A DNA stretch of 64,000 nt. It comes from Squalus acanthias (taxonomy: Eukaryota). The stretch spans positions 101,930,001 to 101,994,000 of the forward strand of contig CM059431.1 in the NCBI GenBank assembly GCA_030390025.1, read 5' to 3'. How positions within the stretch are numbered: the stretch's first letter is position 1; each line of letters starts with the position of its first letter. Below, piece after piece: positions 1-11,621 of the stretch. The notes beneath the pieces were generated by a model that saw only the letters and a list, made by a program, of their open reading frames with translations, did no database searches and was not told where the DNA came from. The position numbers and the translations under genes are program-made.

Positions 1-332
1 CGGATAAAGAAGTTTCTCTTGAATTCCCGATTGGATTTATTATTGATTGTCTTATATTTTTGATCCCTAGTTTTGGACTCCCCCACAAGTGGAAACATCA
101 ATTGTGCTTATGCTGCAGTTGTGTCTCATCCTACCTTGTGTGCGTTACCATGTATAGACTGCACGATAGTCAATCTCAGGGATCCGGAAGCAAGCCACCC
201 TATTGATTAATTTGATGTCCGTTTCTGAATAGTCTTTCATTATGCCCTGGCATTAACATGAAATTGAAAAATGGGCTGGATGTTTTTATTGTTCCATCTG
301 TTTTGCAGTGTAGGCACTTCACACCTGCTGCC

Positions 333-721
333 AAAGTCTTGCATTTCTATAGCGCCTTTCACAACCTCAGGAGGTCCCAAAATGCTTTACAGCCAATGAA
401 GTACTTTTTGAAGTGCCGTCACTGCTGTACTGTAGGAAACCAATTTGCACACAGCAAGCTCCCACAAACAGCAATGAGATAATGACTAGATAAACTTTTT
501 TTTTTAGCGATGTTGGTTGAGGGATAAATATTGGCCCCAGGACACGGGGGATAACTCCCCCTGCTCTTCTTCGAAATAGTGCCGAGGGATCTTTTCCGTC
601 CACCCGAGAGAGCAGACGGGGCCTCGGTTTAACGTCTCATCTGAAAGACGGCACCCTGACAGCGCAGCACTCCCTCAGTACTGCACTGGGAGTGTCAGCC
701 TAGATTTTATGCTCAAGTCTC
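333..721 (-). mobile_element. Deu-domain SINE fragment (SacSINE1/AmnSINE1-like) with L2-like tail
   Basis: Reverse complement contains GGAGTGCTGCGCTGTCAGGGTGCCGTCTTTCAGATGAGACGTTAAACCGAGGCCCC, the central Deu-SINE segment repeated at ~9650, ~52090, ~52810 and ~54160. Confidence 0.7.
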
Positions 722-810
722 TGTGTACAATGCACCTAATTAATTTACATTGTATTCAGTTAAGCATTGCGAGCTTTCATGATTGTGGATTTTCTTACTT
801 ATGCACACAG

Positions 811-855
811 GGCTCAAGATGGACTTTCCAAGCAACCAAAATGAATGGAAATTTT
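811..855 (+). CDS. SLC15A1: SLC15A1/PEPT1 exon (GSRWTFQATKMNGNF)
   Basis: cacag|GGC...TTT|gtaag; 45 nt; matches the PEPT1 GSRWTLQA motif. Upstream exons lie outside the window. Confidence 0.95.
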
Positions 856-954
856 GTAAGAATATTAATAAACACAAACGTTGCAGTTTACAATATTTAA
901 TACTTTTTTTTTAACGGGACTGATATTTACTATTATATACTTTCTTTTCTGTAG

Positions 955-987
955 GGAGGTATTGATATCCATCCTGACCAGATGCAG
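955..987 (+). CDS. SLC15A1: SLC15A1 exon (GGIDIHPDQMQ)
   Basis: tgtag|GGA...CAG|gtatgt; 33 nt; PDQMQ motif of the POT family. Confidence 0.95.
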
Positions 988-1098
988 GTATGTAATTAAG
1001 GTTTGAATATATCACTTCTCATGATGAGCTTTGCGTTCAGTAGCTGCTACCTCTCGATGCACAATCTGATTGATTTTGTTCTCCTGATTTTTGCACAG

Positions 1099-1187
1099 AC
1101 AGTCAACCCGATTCTGATTCTGGCCCTGGTTCCAATTGTTGATGGTATCGTTTATCCCTTGATTGCTAAGTGCAAATTAAACTTTAC
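1099..1187 (+). CDS. SLC15A1: SLC15A1 exon (TVNPILILALVPIVDGIVYPLIAKCKLNFT)
   Basis: cacag|ACA...AC|gtaagt; 89 nt; TM8 region. Confidence 0.95.
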
Positions 1188-1394
1188 GTAAGTAGAACAA
1201 TCGGGCAAGCCTGGTGGTTTAGATACACCTTTTAGAATTCTGGGATTGCTAGTTGGCGTTGCGGCAGAGTGGAATATTCCAGCATGGTGCAGTACAGGGG
1301 ATTGAACCAAACTGGCCACTGCAGATGCCGAATCCATGTGACAAATAAATGTGGGCTCCAAGTCCAATATGGAGCACCGGATAAGAGTATTTCT

Positions 1395-1729
1395 GTCCAG
1401 CCCTACAACTCTCCGAGATCCCCGCGCTCCTCTAATTCCGGCTTGCGCATCCGCTACTTATTTCGCCTAACCATTGGCGGCCGTGCCTTCAGCTGCCGGG
1501 ACCCTAAGCTCTGGAATTCCCTCCCTACACCTCTCCGCCTCTCTCTCTCTCTCTCCTCCTTAAGACGCTCCTTAAAACCTACCTCTTTGAGCAAGCTTTA
1601 GGTCACCTGTCTGAATATCCCCTTATGTGGCGCGGTGTCAAATTTTGTTTGATAATCGCTCCTGTGAAGCGCCGCGGGGCGTTTTACTACGTCAAAGGCG
1701 CTATATAAATGCAGGTTGTTGTTGTTGTT
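1395..1729 (+). mobile_element. L2-type LINE 3' fragment
   Basis: Encodes the GGRAFS..PKLWNSLP C-terminus and ends in gcgctatataaatgcaggttgttgttg; same family at 13505, 14345, 17280 and 63240. Confidence 0.7.
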
Positions 1730-2169
1730 GAGTGGGGACTGGTTGGAGCATAGGACAATGATCCTTGGCATAGTTGATTTACAGAACCACTGCAGATGTA
1801 TATATCAATCTTAACTTATTAATTCTATTTCATTACCGCAGTGTACAAGTTGAACACGATTCCCAGTCTGTACAGGGATTTCCGTTTGGACAGGATTTCC
1901 ATTTTAAGCATTTCATTGAATGGGATGGAAAATATAAGTTTTCCTCACCCAATTATTCAGCACCGACCTCTTTAAAGATGCCCAGTGGCCTATAATGACC
2001 AGGTGCCGTATTGGCCCGGTGGGAATGGGGGAAAGAACAAGAGAGGAACTCACTTTGTACAGGCATTCAGAAGGCTGACATTTTCACATTGTTCCTGCCA
2101 ATATTTTCCTTTTCAGAGCCACCATAATGAACTTAATGGACATTAATTCTGTTCAACATTTCTATTATC

Positions 2170-2512
2170 AGGAAAGGCTGAACAGGCTGGGGCTCTTTTC
2201 TCTAGAAAAGAGAAGACTGAGGGGAGACCTGATGGAGGTCTTTAAAATGATGAAAGGGTTCGATAAGGTAGACACAAAGAGAGTGTTTCCACTTGTGGGG
2301 GAGACCAGAACTAGGGGCCATAAAGATAAGATAGTCATCAATAAATCCAATAGGGAATTCAGGAGAAACTTCTTTACCCAAAGAGTGGCGAGAATGTGGA
2401 ACTCGCTACCACAGGGAGTGGTTGAGGCGAATAGTATAGATGCATTTCAGGGGAAGCTGGATAAACACATGAGGGAGAAGGGAATAGAGGGTTATGCTGA
2501 TAGGGTGAGATG
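2170..2512 (+). mobile_element. CR1 LINE ORF2 3' fragment
   Basis: ERLNRLGLFSLEKRRLRGDL...FFTQRV..WNSLP, the CR1 ORF2 C-terminus. Confidence 0.85.
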
Positions 2513-2750
2513 ACGTAAATAGAGTGGAAGGAGGTTTGTGAGGGGAAGAAAGAAAGAAAGAGCGAAAGAAAGAGTGAAAGAGAGAAAGAAAGAGCGAAAG
2601 AAAGAAAGAAAGATTGCATTTATATAGCGCCTACTTTTTGAAGTGCAGTCACTGTTGTAATGTAGGAAACACCAGTTGGGCCGAATGGCCTGATTCTGTG
2701 CTGTAGATTCTGTGTCACATTTCATACCAGCATTTTGTTTGCGTTTTTAG

Positions 2751-2832
2751 GCCTCTGCGAAGGATGACAGTGGGGATGTTTCTTGCAGCAACGGCATTTA
2801 TTGCTGCTGCTTTGGTGCAAGTTCAAATCGAC
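2751..2832 (+). CDS. SLC15A1: SLC15A1 exon (PLRRMTVGMFLAATAFIAAALVQVQID, TM9)
   Basis: ttttag|G CCT...GAC|gtgagt; 82 nt; phase matches the previous exon. Confidence 0.95.
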
Positions 2833-3107
2833 GTGAGTAACGGTAGCCTGGTAATTAAAATGGCAGCTTTCAGAACGGGAGGCCAGTGCAGCTAAAGCCT
2901 CGGTTTCTGTTACAGCTTCTGTAGTTCTAGAGTAACGAAGGGGGCGGATGTTCCTCTCCCGACAATGTCCGGGAGCAACTTCAGTGGCGGGGGGGGGGGG
3001 GGGGGGGGGGTGCGGGGGCAGGGGGGTGGGGGGCAGAGCAGCAGAAGTGCACAACCTCAGCCCCTGAACCTCCTGCGGGGTCCTGGTGCCAATATGACGG
3101 ACACACA

Positions 3108-3740
3108 TTGGGTCGCCAACCCTCCAGCACTGTCCTGGAGCCTCCAGAAATTACCGATCAATCTCCAGGACATTGCTGCCAGCGACTCCGGGAGATAAAT
3201 CACAGATGATTTTGACATGAATCTTGTCATTCATGGGAAATGACTTATGAAATAATACTGGGCGGCCTGCTGGTGGCGCTGTCCAGGGAGAGTATAAATA
3301 CTCGGGCATGGGCCCAGCTTGCTCAGGACATTCTTTAACAGGAACTTGTGAAGGACACAACTAGACCTCCATGTTGTAAAACAGTTGATTAAAGCTTTGT
3401 TTAACGCTTAGACCAAGTGCCTAGTAGTTTTCTTATGTCAGATTTCTTTTTAAAACTGTTTTTTTTTCATTTTCTTTGAACATTCTTGCTTACCAGTTGT
3501 AAAAAATATCGGGCATGTGGAGGGGGGGTGGGGGGGGGCGGGGAGAAAAGGCTGTTTGACCGACAGTCAGACTCATCCGATCGGATCTGTTCGCTGTCTG
3601 ATGGAGGTAGGGAGGCGGGGCCCAATGAGGATAGACATGTTGGGCGACCAATAGCAGGAATGTAGGGGCGGGGCTGTTGGAGGCGGGAGGTCATGTGATG
3701 AATCCCTCAGGAATGCGTCTAACCAGAGTTGGCAACCCTA
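3108..3740. mobile_element. Non-autonomous hAT-like DNA transposon (MITE) interrupted by a solo LTR
   Basis: Terminal inverted repeats TTGGGTCGCCAAC / GTTGGCAACCCTA; 8-bp flanks GACACACA (3100-3107) and GACAGACA (3741-3748). Confidence 0.75.
3213..3440 (+). mobile_element. Solo LTR (Gypsy-type), 228 bp
   Basis: TGACAT...ATGTCA inverted ends; perfect 5-bp TSD GATTT (3208-3212, 3441-3445); TATAAATA at ~3294; AGTTGATTAAAGCTT at 3383 shared with the LTRs at 45881 and 50167. Confidence 0.85.
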
Positions 3741-4321
3741 GACAGACACGGAGCTGCAATATTGGGTGCAGGGGGGCAGAGAGGAGCGCCAGTGGGACTG
3801 TACAATTCTAACGGCTCCTGGTACTATGCGAGGAAATCTCTGTGCAAAAACCATGGGCCTTAGATTTTTCCTTTTTTTTTTGCCTCTCCCAGATGATTAC
3901 ATGGCTGCGGGGGGGGTGGGGGGGGAAGTGTCCAGTCACGATGCTCCGGCCATCATGGGTGTGGGGCAGCCTTGATGGACCAGCTGGTCTTTCCCTGCCC
4001 GTCAGTGTTGTATCTTCGTATGACACGCATTGGCTTGTGACTCACCTTGCTCCGCACCCTTCAGGTACAGCCAGGCGCGCACACCTGAGAAGCTATTGAG
4101 GAAGTTTAGATGCCGTGCTATACAGGTGCTGATTAACAGCCACTTTTCCCCTGCATTGCATCCATGTTTTAGATGTTATTCAGGAACAGGGCTGCTCTAA
4201 AAATATGCTCTACAATCTCTGTTATTGTGTAATTTTTGAGGCAAACTGCAGTATTATGCTGATGCAGTAATAACTTTGCTCTGTTCTGCACTCTAGAAAT
4301 GAATCTTACCAATGCATCACA

Positions 4322-4763
4322 TCATAGAGAAACATAGAACGATACAGCACAGAAGGAGGCCATTCGGCCCATCGTGCCTGTGCCGGCTCTTTGAAAGAGC
4401 TCTCCAATTAGTCCCACTCCCCCTGCTCTTTCCCCATAGCCCTGCAAATCTTTCCTTTTCAAGTACTTATCCAATTCCCTTTTGAAAGTTACTATTGAAT
4501 CTGCTTCCACCGCCCTTTCAGGCAGCGCATTCCAGATCACAGCAACTCGCTGCGTGAAAAAAATTCTCCTCATCTCCCCCTCTGGTTCTTTTGCCAATTA
4601 CCTTCAATCTGTGTCCTCTGGTTACCGACCCTCCTGCCACTGGAAACAGTTTCTCCTTATTTACTCTATCTAAACCCTTCATAATTTTGAACGCCTCTAT
4701 TGAATCTCCCCTTAACCTTCTCTGCTCGAAGGAGAACAACCCCAGCTTCTCCAGTCTCCCCAG
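4322..4763 (-). mobile_element. CR1 LINE 3' fragment
   Basis: ORF2 C-terminal peptides on the minus strand plus CR1 3' UTR; same subfamily at 7065-7480, 7540-7785, 52190-52650, 57955-58245 and 62555-63050. Confidence 0.85.
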
Positions 4764-4781
4764 GTAACACTATGACACTTT

Positions 4782-5415
4782 GGGCTGGATTTTCCCCGTT
4801 TCCCACCCGCACGGTGCGGGGGGGACCCGGGAGACGGCGAGAAACCCAGAAGTTCAGGTTTCCCGGCACGCTGTGGAGTTTCCAAGTTGTGGCAGGGGTC
4901 GAGGCCGCCGGGAGGGAGGGGGGGGGCGACCAGATCCCCGACACCCGGGTCTGAGTCTCGATCCCCATGGGGGGGGGGGGGGGGAGGGGGGCTGGTGTTC
5001 CAAGCCCTGGGGCGGGCGGGGGGGGAGGGGTCTGATCCCCGACCCCGGGGAGTGGCAGGCTGATGGTGGGGGAGCATGGGGGTGCCAGGAGGAAGCACTC
5101 CTGCTCCTCCCGGCCCACAAGGATTGCTCCCCGAGGCTGAGGCCTCCTCGTTGCAGCTACCGGGATCCCCGGCCCCCTGCAGTAAATCCTGCGAAGCAGG
5201 TTAAAGCGGAGGCTTCAGACCTCATTATCATATTTAAATTGCCAACCCGCCTCCTGCCCCCCCCCCCCCCCCCACCCCGTCCCGTCCCGCCTGAGTGAAA
5301 GGTGAATGTGGGCGGGTTGGAGGTAGGTTTTACAACTTTTATAATTTTCACTTCCCCCCCCCCGCCCAGACCCACGTCTCCAACCCACCCGCTCTTTCCT
5401 GTGAAAATTCCAGCC
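4782..5415. mobile_element. Harbinger-like MITE
   Basis: Ends GGGCTGGATTTTCC ... GAAAATTCCAGCC, flanked by TTT; left end resembles the GGACTGGATTTTCC end of the Harbinger at 31336. Confidence 0.65.
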
Positions 5416-5626
5416 TTTGTGATCGTTCATAATCCTGAATACTGTGCCATTTTGTAGATGTGCTGTTAATTACTTCTCTTGTGAAAGATTGCTTTTCTGG
5501 TGTGGCAAAGATCAGATCTGATCAATGCTGAGCAACCAACAGGATAACCCAACACTCGATTCCGTCTTTCCCCCGTGTAAATGACCGTTGCTATTGGAAA
5601 CTATGTTTGCCACTTATTCTGTGTCG

Positions 5627-6240
5627 AATCATAGAATGGTTACAGCACAGATGGAGGCCATTCGGCCCGTCGAGCCCGTGCCGGCTCTGTGCAAGAGCAC
5701 TTCAGCTAGTCCCACTCCCCCGCCCTTTCCCCATAGCCCTTGTGAATTTTTTTCCTTCAGGTACTTATCCAATTCCCTTTTGAAAGCCACGATTGAATCT
5801 GCCTCCACCACCCTTTCAGGCAGTGCATTCCAGATCCTAACCACTCGCTGCGTAAAAAAGTTTTTCCTCGTGTCGCCTTTGGTTCTTCCGCCAATCACCT
5901 TAAATCTGTGTCCATTGGTTCTTGACCCTTCCACCAATGGGAACAATTTCTCTCTATCTACTCTGTCTAGACCCCTCGTGATTTTGAACACCTCTATCAA
6001 ATCTCCTCTCAACCTTCTCTGCTCTAAGGAGAACAACCCCAGCTTCACTAGTCTATCCACGTAACTGAAGTCCCTCATCCCTGGAATCATTCTCGTAAAT
6101 CTTTTCTGCACCCTCTCTAAGGCCTTCACATCCTTCCTAAAGTGCGGTGCCCAGAATTGGACACAATACTCCAGTTGGAGACCGAACCAGTGTTTTATAA
6201 AAGGTTCATCATAACTTCCTTGCTTTTGTACTCGATGCCT
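5627..6240 (-). mobile_element. CR1 LINE 3' fragment
   Basis: [11 protein letters not shown]...LERVQKRFTRMIPG...WNALP on the minus strand. Confidence 0.88.
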
Positions 6241-6772
6241 CAAGCTACGAATCCCAGTAAAATAAAAATCCTTTGGATTGCAGCACATAAGAACATAAGA
6301 AACAGGAGCAGAATTAGGCCATTCGGCCCTTCGAGCCTGCTCCGCCATTCAATAAGATCATGGCTGATCTTCTACCTCAACTCCACTTTCCTGCACGATC
6401 CCCATATCACTTGATTCTCTTCTCCTGCACAGAAGGAGGCCATTCAGCCATTGCTGGCTGGTCAACTGGAAGTATCTCTTCTCATCCCATCTCCCTGCCC
6501 TTTCCCTGAATGAAACTAAGAATGATCATTTTGGAATTCACAACAGGGGTCTTCATAGCTCCGTGACCAGGGCAGACATCATCGTGACACTTTTAAAGAA
6601 GCTTTCTTTTTTGTCATTGAGGCATTTTTTTTTAAAAACGACACAATTGCAACCTATTGATGGAGGTGACGTAATATAGACAATAAGGTGTTCAGTGTCA
6701 ATTTGTCTGTCTCAATAGCCATTGGAATGATACTGTGTGTTGCTATCTGCATCTTGCTCCCTTCTCCTGCAG

Positions 6773-6895
6773 AAAACTCTTCCGATCTTCCCCGTTGGAG
6801 AGCAAAGCCAAATTAAACTCATCAATATGGGCAACTCGAATGTCAATGTAACACTGGACAGACTTTCCCCGCCTTATTCAGTACAGCCGTCAGAG
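6773..6895 (+). CDS. SLC15A1: SLC15A1 exon (KTLPIFPVGEQSQIKLINMGN..., start of extracellular domain)
   Basis: ctgcag|AAA...GAG|gtaagt; 123 nt; resembles PEPT1 KTLPVFP..QIKVLN. Confidence 0.93.
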
Positions 6896-8545
6896 GTAAG
6901 TAGTATCGGTGAACTACGTTCCAACCAACATGCTTCGATTTCACACCGAGCAATGTGTGTTGCTGAACTCATTCAGAAAATCGTGCCACTGGACTACTAT
7001 CAAGACACAATCAGCACACCCGCTCACAATTGTTCTATTAATGGATGTTTATATTAGATGCGATCATTCATAGAATCCCACAGCACAAGAGGAGGCCATT
7101 CGGCCCATCGTGCCTGTGCCGGCTCTCTGAAAGAGCTCTCCAATTAGTCCCACTCCCCCCTGCTCTTTCCCCGGAGCCCTGCAAATGTTTCCTTTATATC
7201 CAATTACCCTTTTGAAAGTTTTTATTGAATCTGCTTCCACCGCCCTTTCAGGCAGCACGTTCCAGGTCACCACAACATGGTGTGAAAAAAATGTCTCCTC
7301 ATCTCTACCCTCTGGTTCTTTTGCCAATTACCTTCAATCTGTGTCCCTCTGGTTACCGACCCTCCTGCCACTGGAAACAGTTTCTCCCTATCCACTCTAT
7401 CAGGACCCTTCATGATTTTGAACACCTCGATTAAATCTCCTCTTAACCATCTCTGCTCGAAGGAGAACGACCCCAGCTTCTCTCGTCACATTGCAAAATG
7501 TGTATTTTGTTTTAAAAAGTCTAAAATCTTATAAATGAGTCATAGTATCATAGAACGATACAGCACAGAAAGAGGCCATTCGGCCCATCGTGCCTGTGCT
7601 GGCTCTTTGAAAGAGCTCTCCAATTAGTCCCACTCCCCCCCCCTGCTCTTTCCCCACAGCCCTGCAAATGTTTTCCTTTTCAAGTATTTATCCGATTCCC
7701 TTTTTGAAAGTCACTATTCAATCTGCTTCCACCGCCCTTTCAGGCAGCGCGTTCCAGATCACAGCAACTCGCTGCATAAAAAAGATGTTTCGGCATTTGT
7801 CCGAGTTTATGGAAGATTAAATGACTGGAATGGGTTTAATTTCCATTGACGTTCTCCAATCATTTCAAAACGTTGTCACTTTGCCGGAAGCACTTTATGT
7901 GAATAAAGGCCCTGCCTGATCTCCTCTTGGGAGCTAGAACTGGGGAAGAAACTGGTGATGATTTTCCTTTCATGTCGTCCTGTCAGGCTTCAGAATTAAT
8001 AGCGGAGAGCTTGACAGTTGTAGGCGCGCTGCGCCTCCTGAGGCATGAGCGCGCCTGGCCCGGCATTTCCTGGCCTGGGTCCCCTCCCGGCACAGGCCCG
8101 TTCCCCAGTACAGCCCGGCACGGGGTGCATTGGGAGCAGACAAGGTTACAGCTGCGTGCCTGATATGCCTGTAGTTACACTCCTAAGTCACCAGCATCCT
8201 GGAGAACAGCAACAGCGTGCATTTATATAGCACCTTTAACATCCCGAGGCGCTTCACAGGGGCGATCATCAAACACAATTTGACATCGAACCACATAAGG
8301 AGATATTAGGACAGGTGACCAAAAGCTTGGCCAAAGAGGTAGGTTTTAAGGAACATTTCTACAGGAGGAGACAGAAGTAGAGAGGCGGAGAGGTTTTCAG
8401 AGGGAATTCCACAGCTTAGGGCCTAGGCAGCTGATGGCACGGCCGCCAATGGTGGAGCGATGGAAATTAGGGATGCGCAAGAGCAGGTGGTTCTGTGCCT
8501 TCTCCTTGAGTTGCGGCTGTCCTTGTGATAATCGAACTCCAAGGA

Positions 8546-9788
8546 AGACTTGCATTTATATAGCACCTTTCATGACCACCAGACGTCCCAAAGCGCTTTA
8601 CAGCCAATGAAGTACTTTTTGAAGTGTAGTCACTGTTGTAATGTAGGAAACGCGGCAGCCAATTTGCACACAGCAAGCTCCCACAAACAGCAATGTGATA
8701 ATGACCAGATAATCTCTTATAGTGATGTTGGTTGAGGGATAAATATTGGCCCCAGGACACCAGGGAGAACTCCTCTGCTCTTCTTCGAAATAGTGCCATG
8801 AAATCTATTACCATAGATAATATATATATATTATATTATTACTATTATATATTGGCCCAGAAATTGATCTCGCTCTGTTCCCACGGGGGTAAGGCTTCCC
8901 CGCGATCTCTCACTCCGCTTGTGCTTTTTCAGATCCAGCTCGCACGAACTTGATGTTCCAGACATCAGCTGGGCAGTGCTTGCGTATCCCACCGGCGTAG
9001 TGAATTCGTGCGAGCTGTGGGATCACGTGACTCAGTTAGAGCCAATGGCAGCACACCATCTTCCATTCATAAGTTTCACATACGTGCTGTGAAATCTATG
9101 AATCTTACACCCCCCCAAAATAACAGCTAAACCTCAATTAAATTTAAAAAAAAACCCATCACATTAATAAAATAAGTATAGTTAAATAAATTAACCATTT
9201 TAAATAAAAAATTAAATTTTTGAAAAAATTTAAAATCTTTTAAAAAGTTATAAAAATAAACTTACCTGTCTTTAAAGTCTCTAAAAAAGATATACCTGTT
9301 AAAAAAAATTCAAAAAAATACTTAATTCACTACTTACCTTGTTAAAAGTGGGTCTTACTCCTCCTTTTTCCATTTCTAAAATCTTCCGTCCTTACCTGCG
9401 CGTCCAAAGCATGAAGTGCACAGCGTGCGCGCAGCCTGTAGCGCGCACGCGATGCACCTAGGAACCGCCCCCTTTTCCAAAGACCAAGTGCCGGTTTTCA
9501 GCGCATGCGCAGGGCATGCAGAAAACCGGCAATTGGAGAGCGAATACGCGAGAGTACGTAGTGCGTACTCTCGCGTCGCGGGATGAATTTTTGGCCCATT
9601 ATATTATTATATCTATTACCACATCTCGCCTCCACCCGAGAGAACAGACGGGGGCTCGGTTTAATGTCTCATCCGAAAGACGGCACCTCTGTCCGTGCAG
9701 TGCTCCCTCAAGTCTCATGGAGTGGGACTGGAACCCACAACCTTCTGACCCAGAGGCGAGAGTGCTACCCACTGAGCCACGGCTGACA
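8546..9788 (-). mobile_element. tRNA-headed Deu-SINE split by a MITE insertion
   Basis: Tail and body at 8546-8800, remainder at ~9627-9788, with Pol III A box (TGGCTCAGTGG) and B box (GGTTCCAGTCC) on the minus strand. Confidence 0.7.
8854..9597. mobile_element. Harbinger-like MITE with AT-rich core and internal hairpins
   Basis: TIRs GGCCCAGAAATT / AATTTTTGGCCC; 3-bp ATT on both flanks. Confidence 0.65.
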
Positions 9789-10083
9789 GACAAAGTGGTA
9801 GGGAATCTCGGCGTTGGTGAAGGAACGTTGGTCGACGACCAAGTTAGGAAGGTGTGTGACTTGGAGCGGGACCTTGAGGTGAAGGTGTTCCCATGATGTT
9901 GCCTCTCTTGTCCTTCTCAAGTGACAGAGGCCATGAGGCTGGGAGGTGCCGTCAAAATAAACCCAAATACTTAAACCTACAATAGATAGAATCACAAAAC
10001 AACTGATGCCGTTAAAAACAAACCTGCATCTTGAGAATGTCTTGCTTTTTTGTCAATGTAATGTTTAGCTCCTTCTTTTCTAG

Positions 10084-10233
10084 GCCACTGAATATATCAC
10101 TGTTACAGCAGACATTTTAAAGAATGTCGAGGTTCTGTATGGGAACATGACAACAACCTATCCAGCTAATATTATTGCTGCATCTCGTCACACCCTCCTC
10201 GTAACAAACTTTCCGAACTCTGCTGTGGAATGG
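10084..10233 (+). CDS. SLC15A1: SLC15A1 extracellular-domain exon (ATEYITVTADILKNVEV...RHTLLV...VEW)
   Basis: ttctag|GCC...TGG|gttagt; 150 nt, open and phase 0; RHTLLV matches PEPT1. Confidence 0.9.
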
Positions 10234-10547
10234 GTTAGTGCATTTCTGCAGATATCATGGGTAAAATGCAATATTATTATGAAAGAAAAAGTGCTCAACA
10301 CCTCTAGCTGAATATTTCTTAAACATGAATTTCTATTTCACTAACAAGGGCACGATCTGGATTGCAAACAAAGCGTGATATCTATGCGTGTCAGGCAGAT
10401 TTCGCCTCTGGTACCTCAGTTTGAGCCCAGCCCCCAGTGTTGGGTTGGAGTATGAAATGTGTTTGGGCCGTCAAAACCCCCTTCTTAACGAGTGTGGGTC
10501 CTCAGTGGAAACAGACCGTAGTTTAGCACAAGTTGGCAATTTCAGTC

Positions 10548-11150
10548 AGAGAGACCACAGGATGTCTGGTGTGGGAGAGACCGCAGCATGTCTGGTGTGG
10601 GAGAGACCGCAGGATGTCTGGTGTGGGAGAGACCGCAGGATGTCTGGTGTGGGAGAGACCGCAGGATGTCTGGTGTGGGAGAGACCGCAGCATGTCTGGT
10701 GTGGGAGAGACCGCAGCATGTCTGGTGTGGGAGAGACCGCAGGATGTCTGGTGTGGGAGAGACCGCAGGATGTCTGGTGTGGGAGAGACCGCAGGATGTC
10801 TGGTGTGGGAGAGACCGCAGCATGTCTGGTGTGGGAGAGACCGCAAGGATGTCTGATGTGGGAGAGACTGCAAGGATGTCTGGTGTGGGAGAGACCGCAG
10901 CATGTCTGGTGTGGGAGAGACCGCAGGATGTCTGGTGTGGGAGAGACCGCAGGATGTCTGGTGTGGGAGAGACCGCAGCATGTCTGGTGTGGGAGAGACC
11001 GCAAGGATGTCTGGTGTGGGAGAGACCGCAGGATGTCTGGTGTGGGAGAGACCGCAGGATGTCTGGTGTGGGAGAGACCGCAGCATGTCTGGTGTGGGAG
11101 AGACCGCAGGATGTCTGGTGTGGGAGAGACCGCAGGATGTCTGGTGTGGG
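10548..11150. repeat. 26-bp minisatellite, ~23 copies (GGAGAGACCGCAG[G/C]ATGTCTGGTGTG)
   Basis: Direct tandem units without spacers; the ORFs over it have a 26-aa periodicity (3 units). Confidence 0.95.
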
Positions 11151-11621
11151 AAGTGGAAAATTCACAGTGACAAAGGCACATTATTGGTTAAAGCTAATGG
11201 AATCCCTGCTCTGTAAGTGACTATGTTACGCTTGACCGGCGAGTGCCTTATGACAACAGCGAGTGATGAAGCGTTCCATCCATGGTATGGAAACCTCCCA
11301 CACGAATGAAGGCTAGAAACAAAGTTATAGAATGGTTTTACTTAGGCCAAGGACAATATTTACAATCTACCTACGTTTTAACTATTGGATCACATATACA
11401 GTGACGTAGCTCTAATGTTAGTTACACTGCTGCTTTTGGCTTGATGAGGGGGAAATCTGTCCGGTTTAGCAGATGGGTTACACCCTGGAAACATACTTTA
11501 TAGCCTGTGTTATTCCAGATAGTATTACACCTATGCTTTGAGCAGGAGTGCTATTGTACCATAGAATTCAAACTAAAGTGATATTTGTTTTGCATCACTG
11601 TACATCACAGGAAAAGGCATC

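Noticed and set aside
10388..11220. Long overlapping ORFs and a CRISPR-like look
   Set aside because: Head-to-tail 26-bp units with no unique spacers and no cas genes; the ORFs are by-products of a stop-free repeat.
11390..11520. Box C/D snoRNA in the duplicated intron segment
   Set aside because: TGATGA is present in both copies, but no matching CTGA box D with a terminal stem was found; kept only as an unexplained conserved core.
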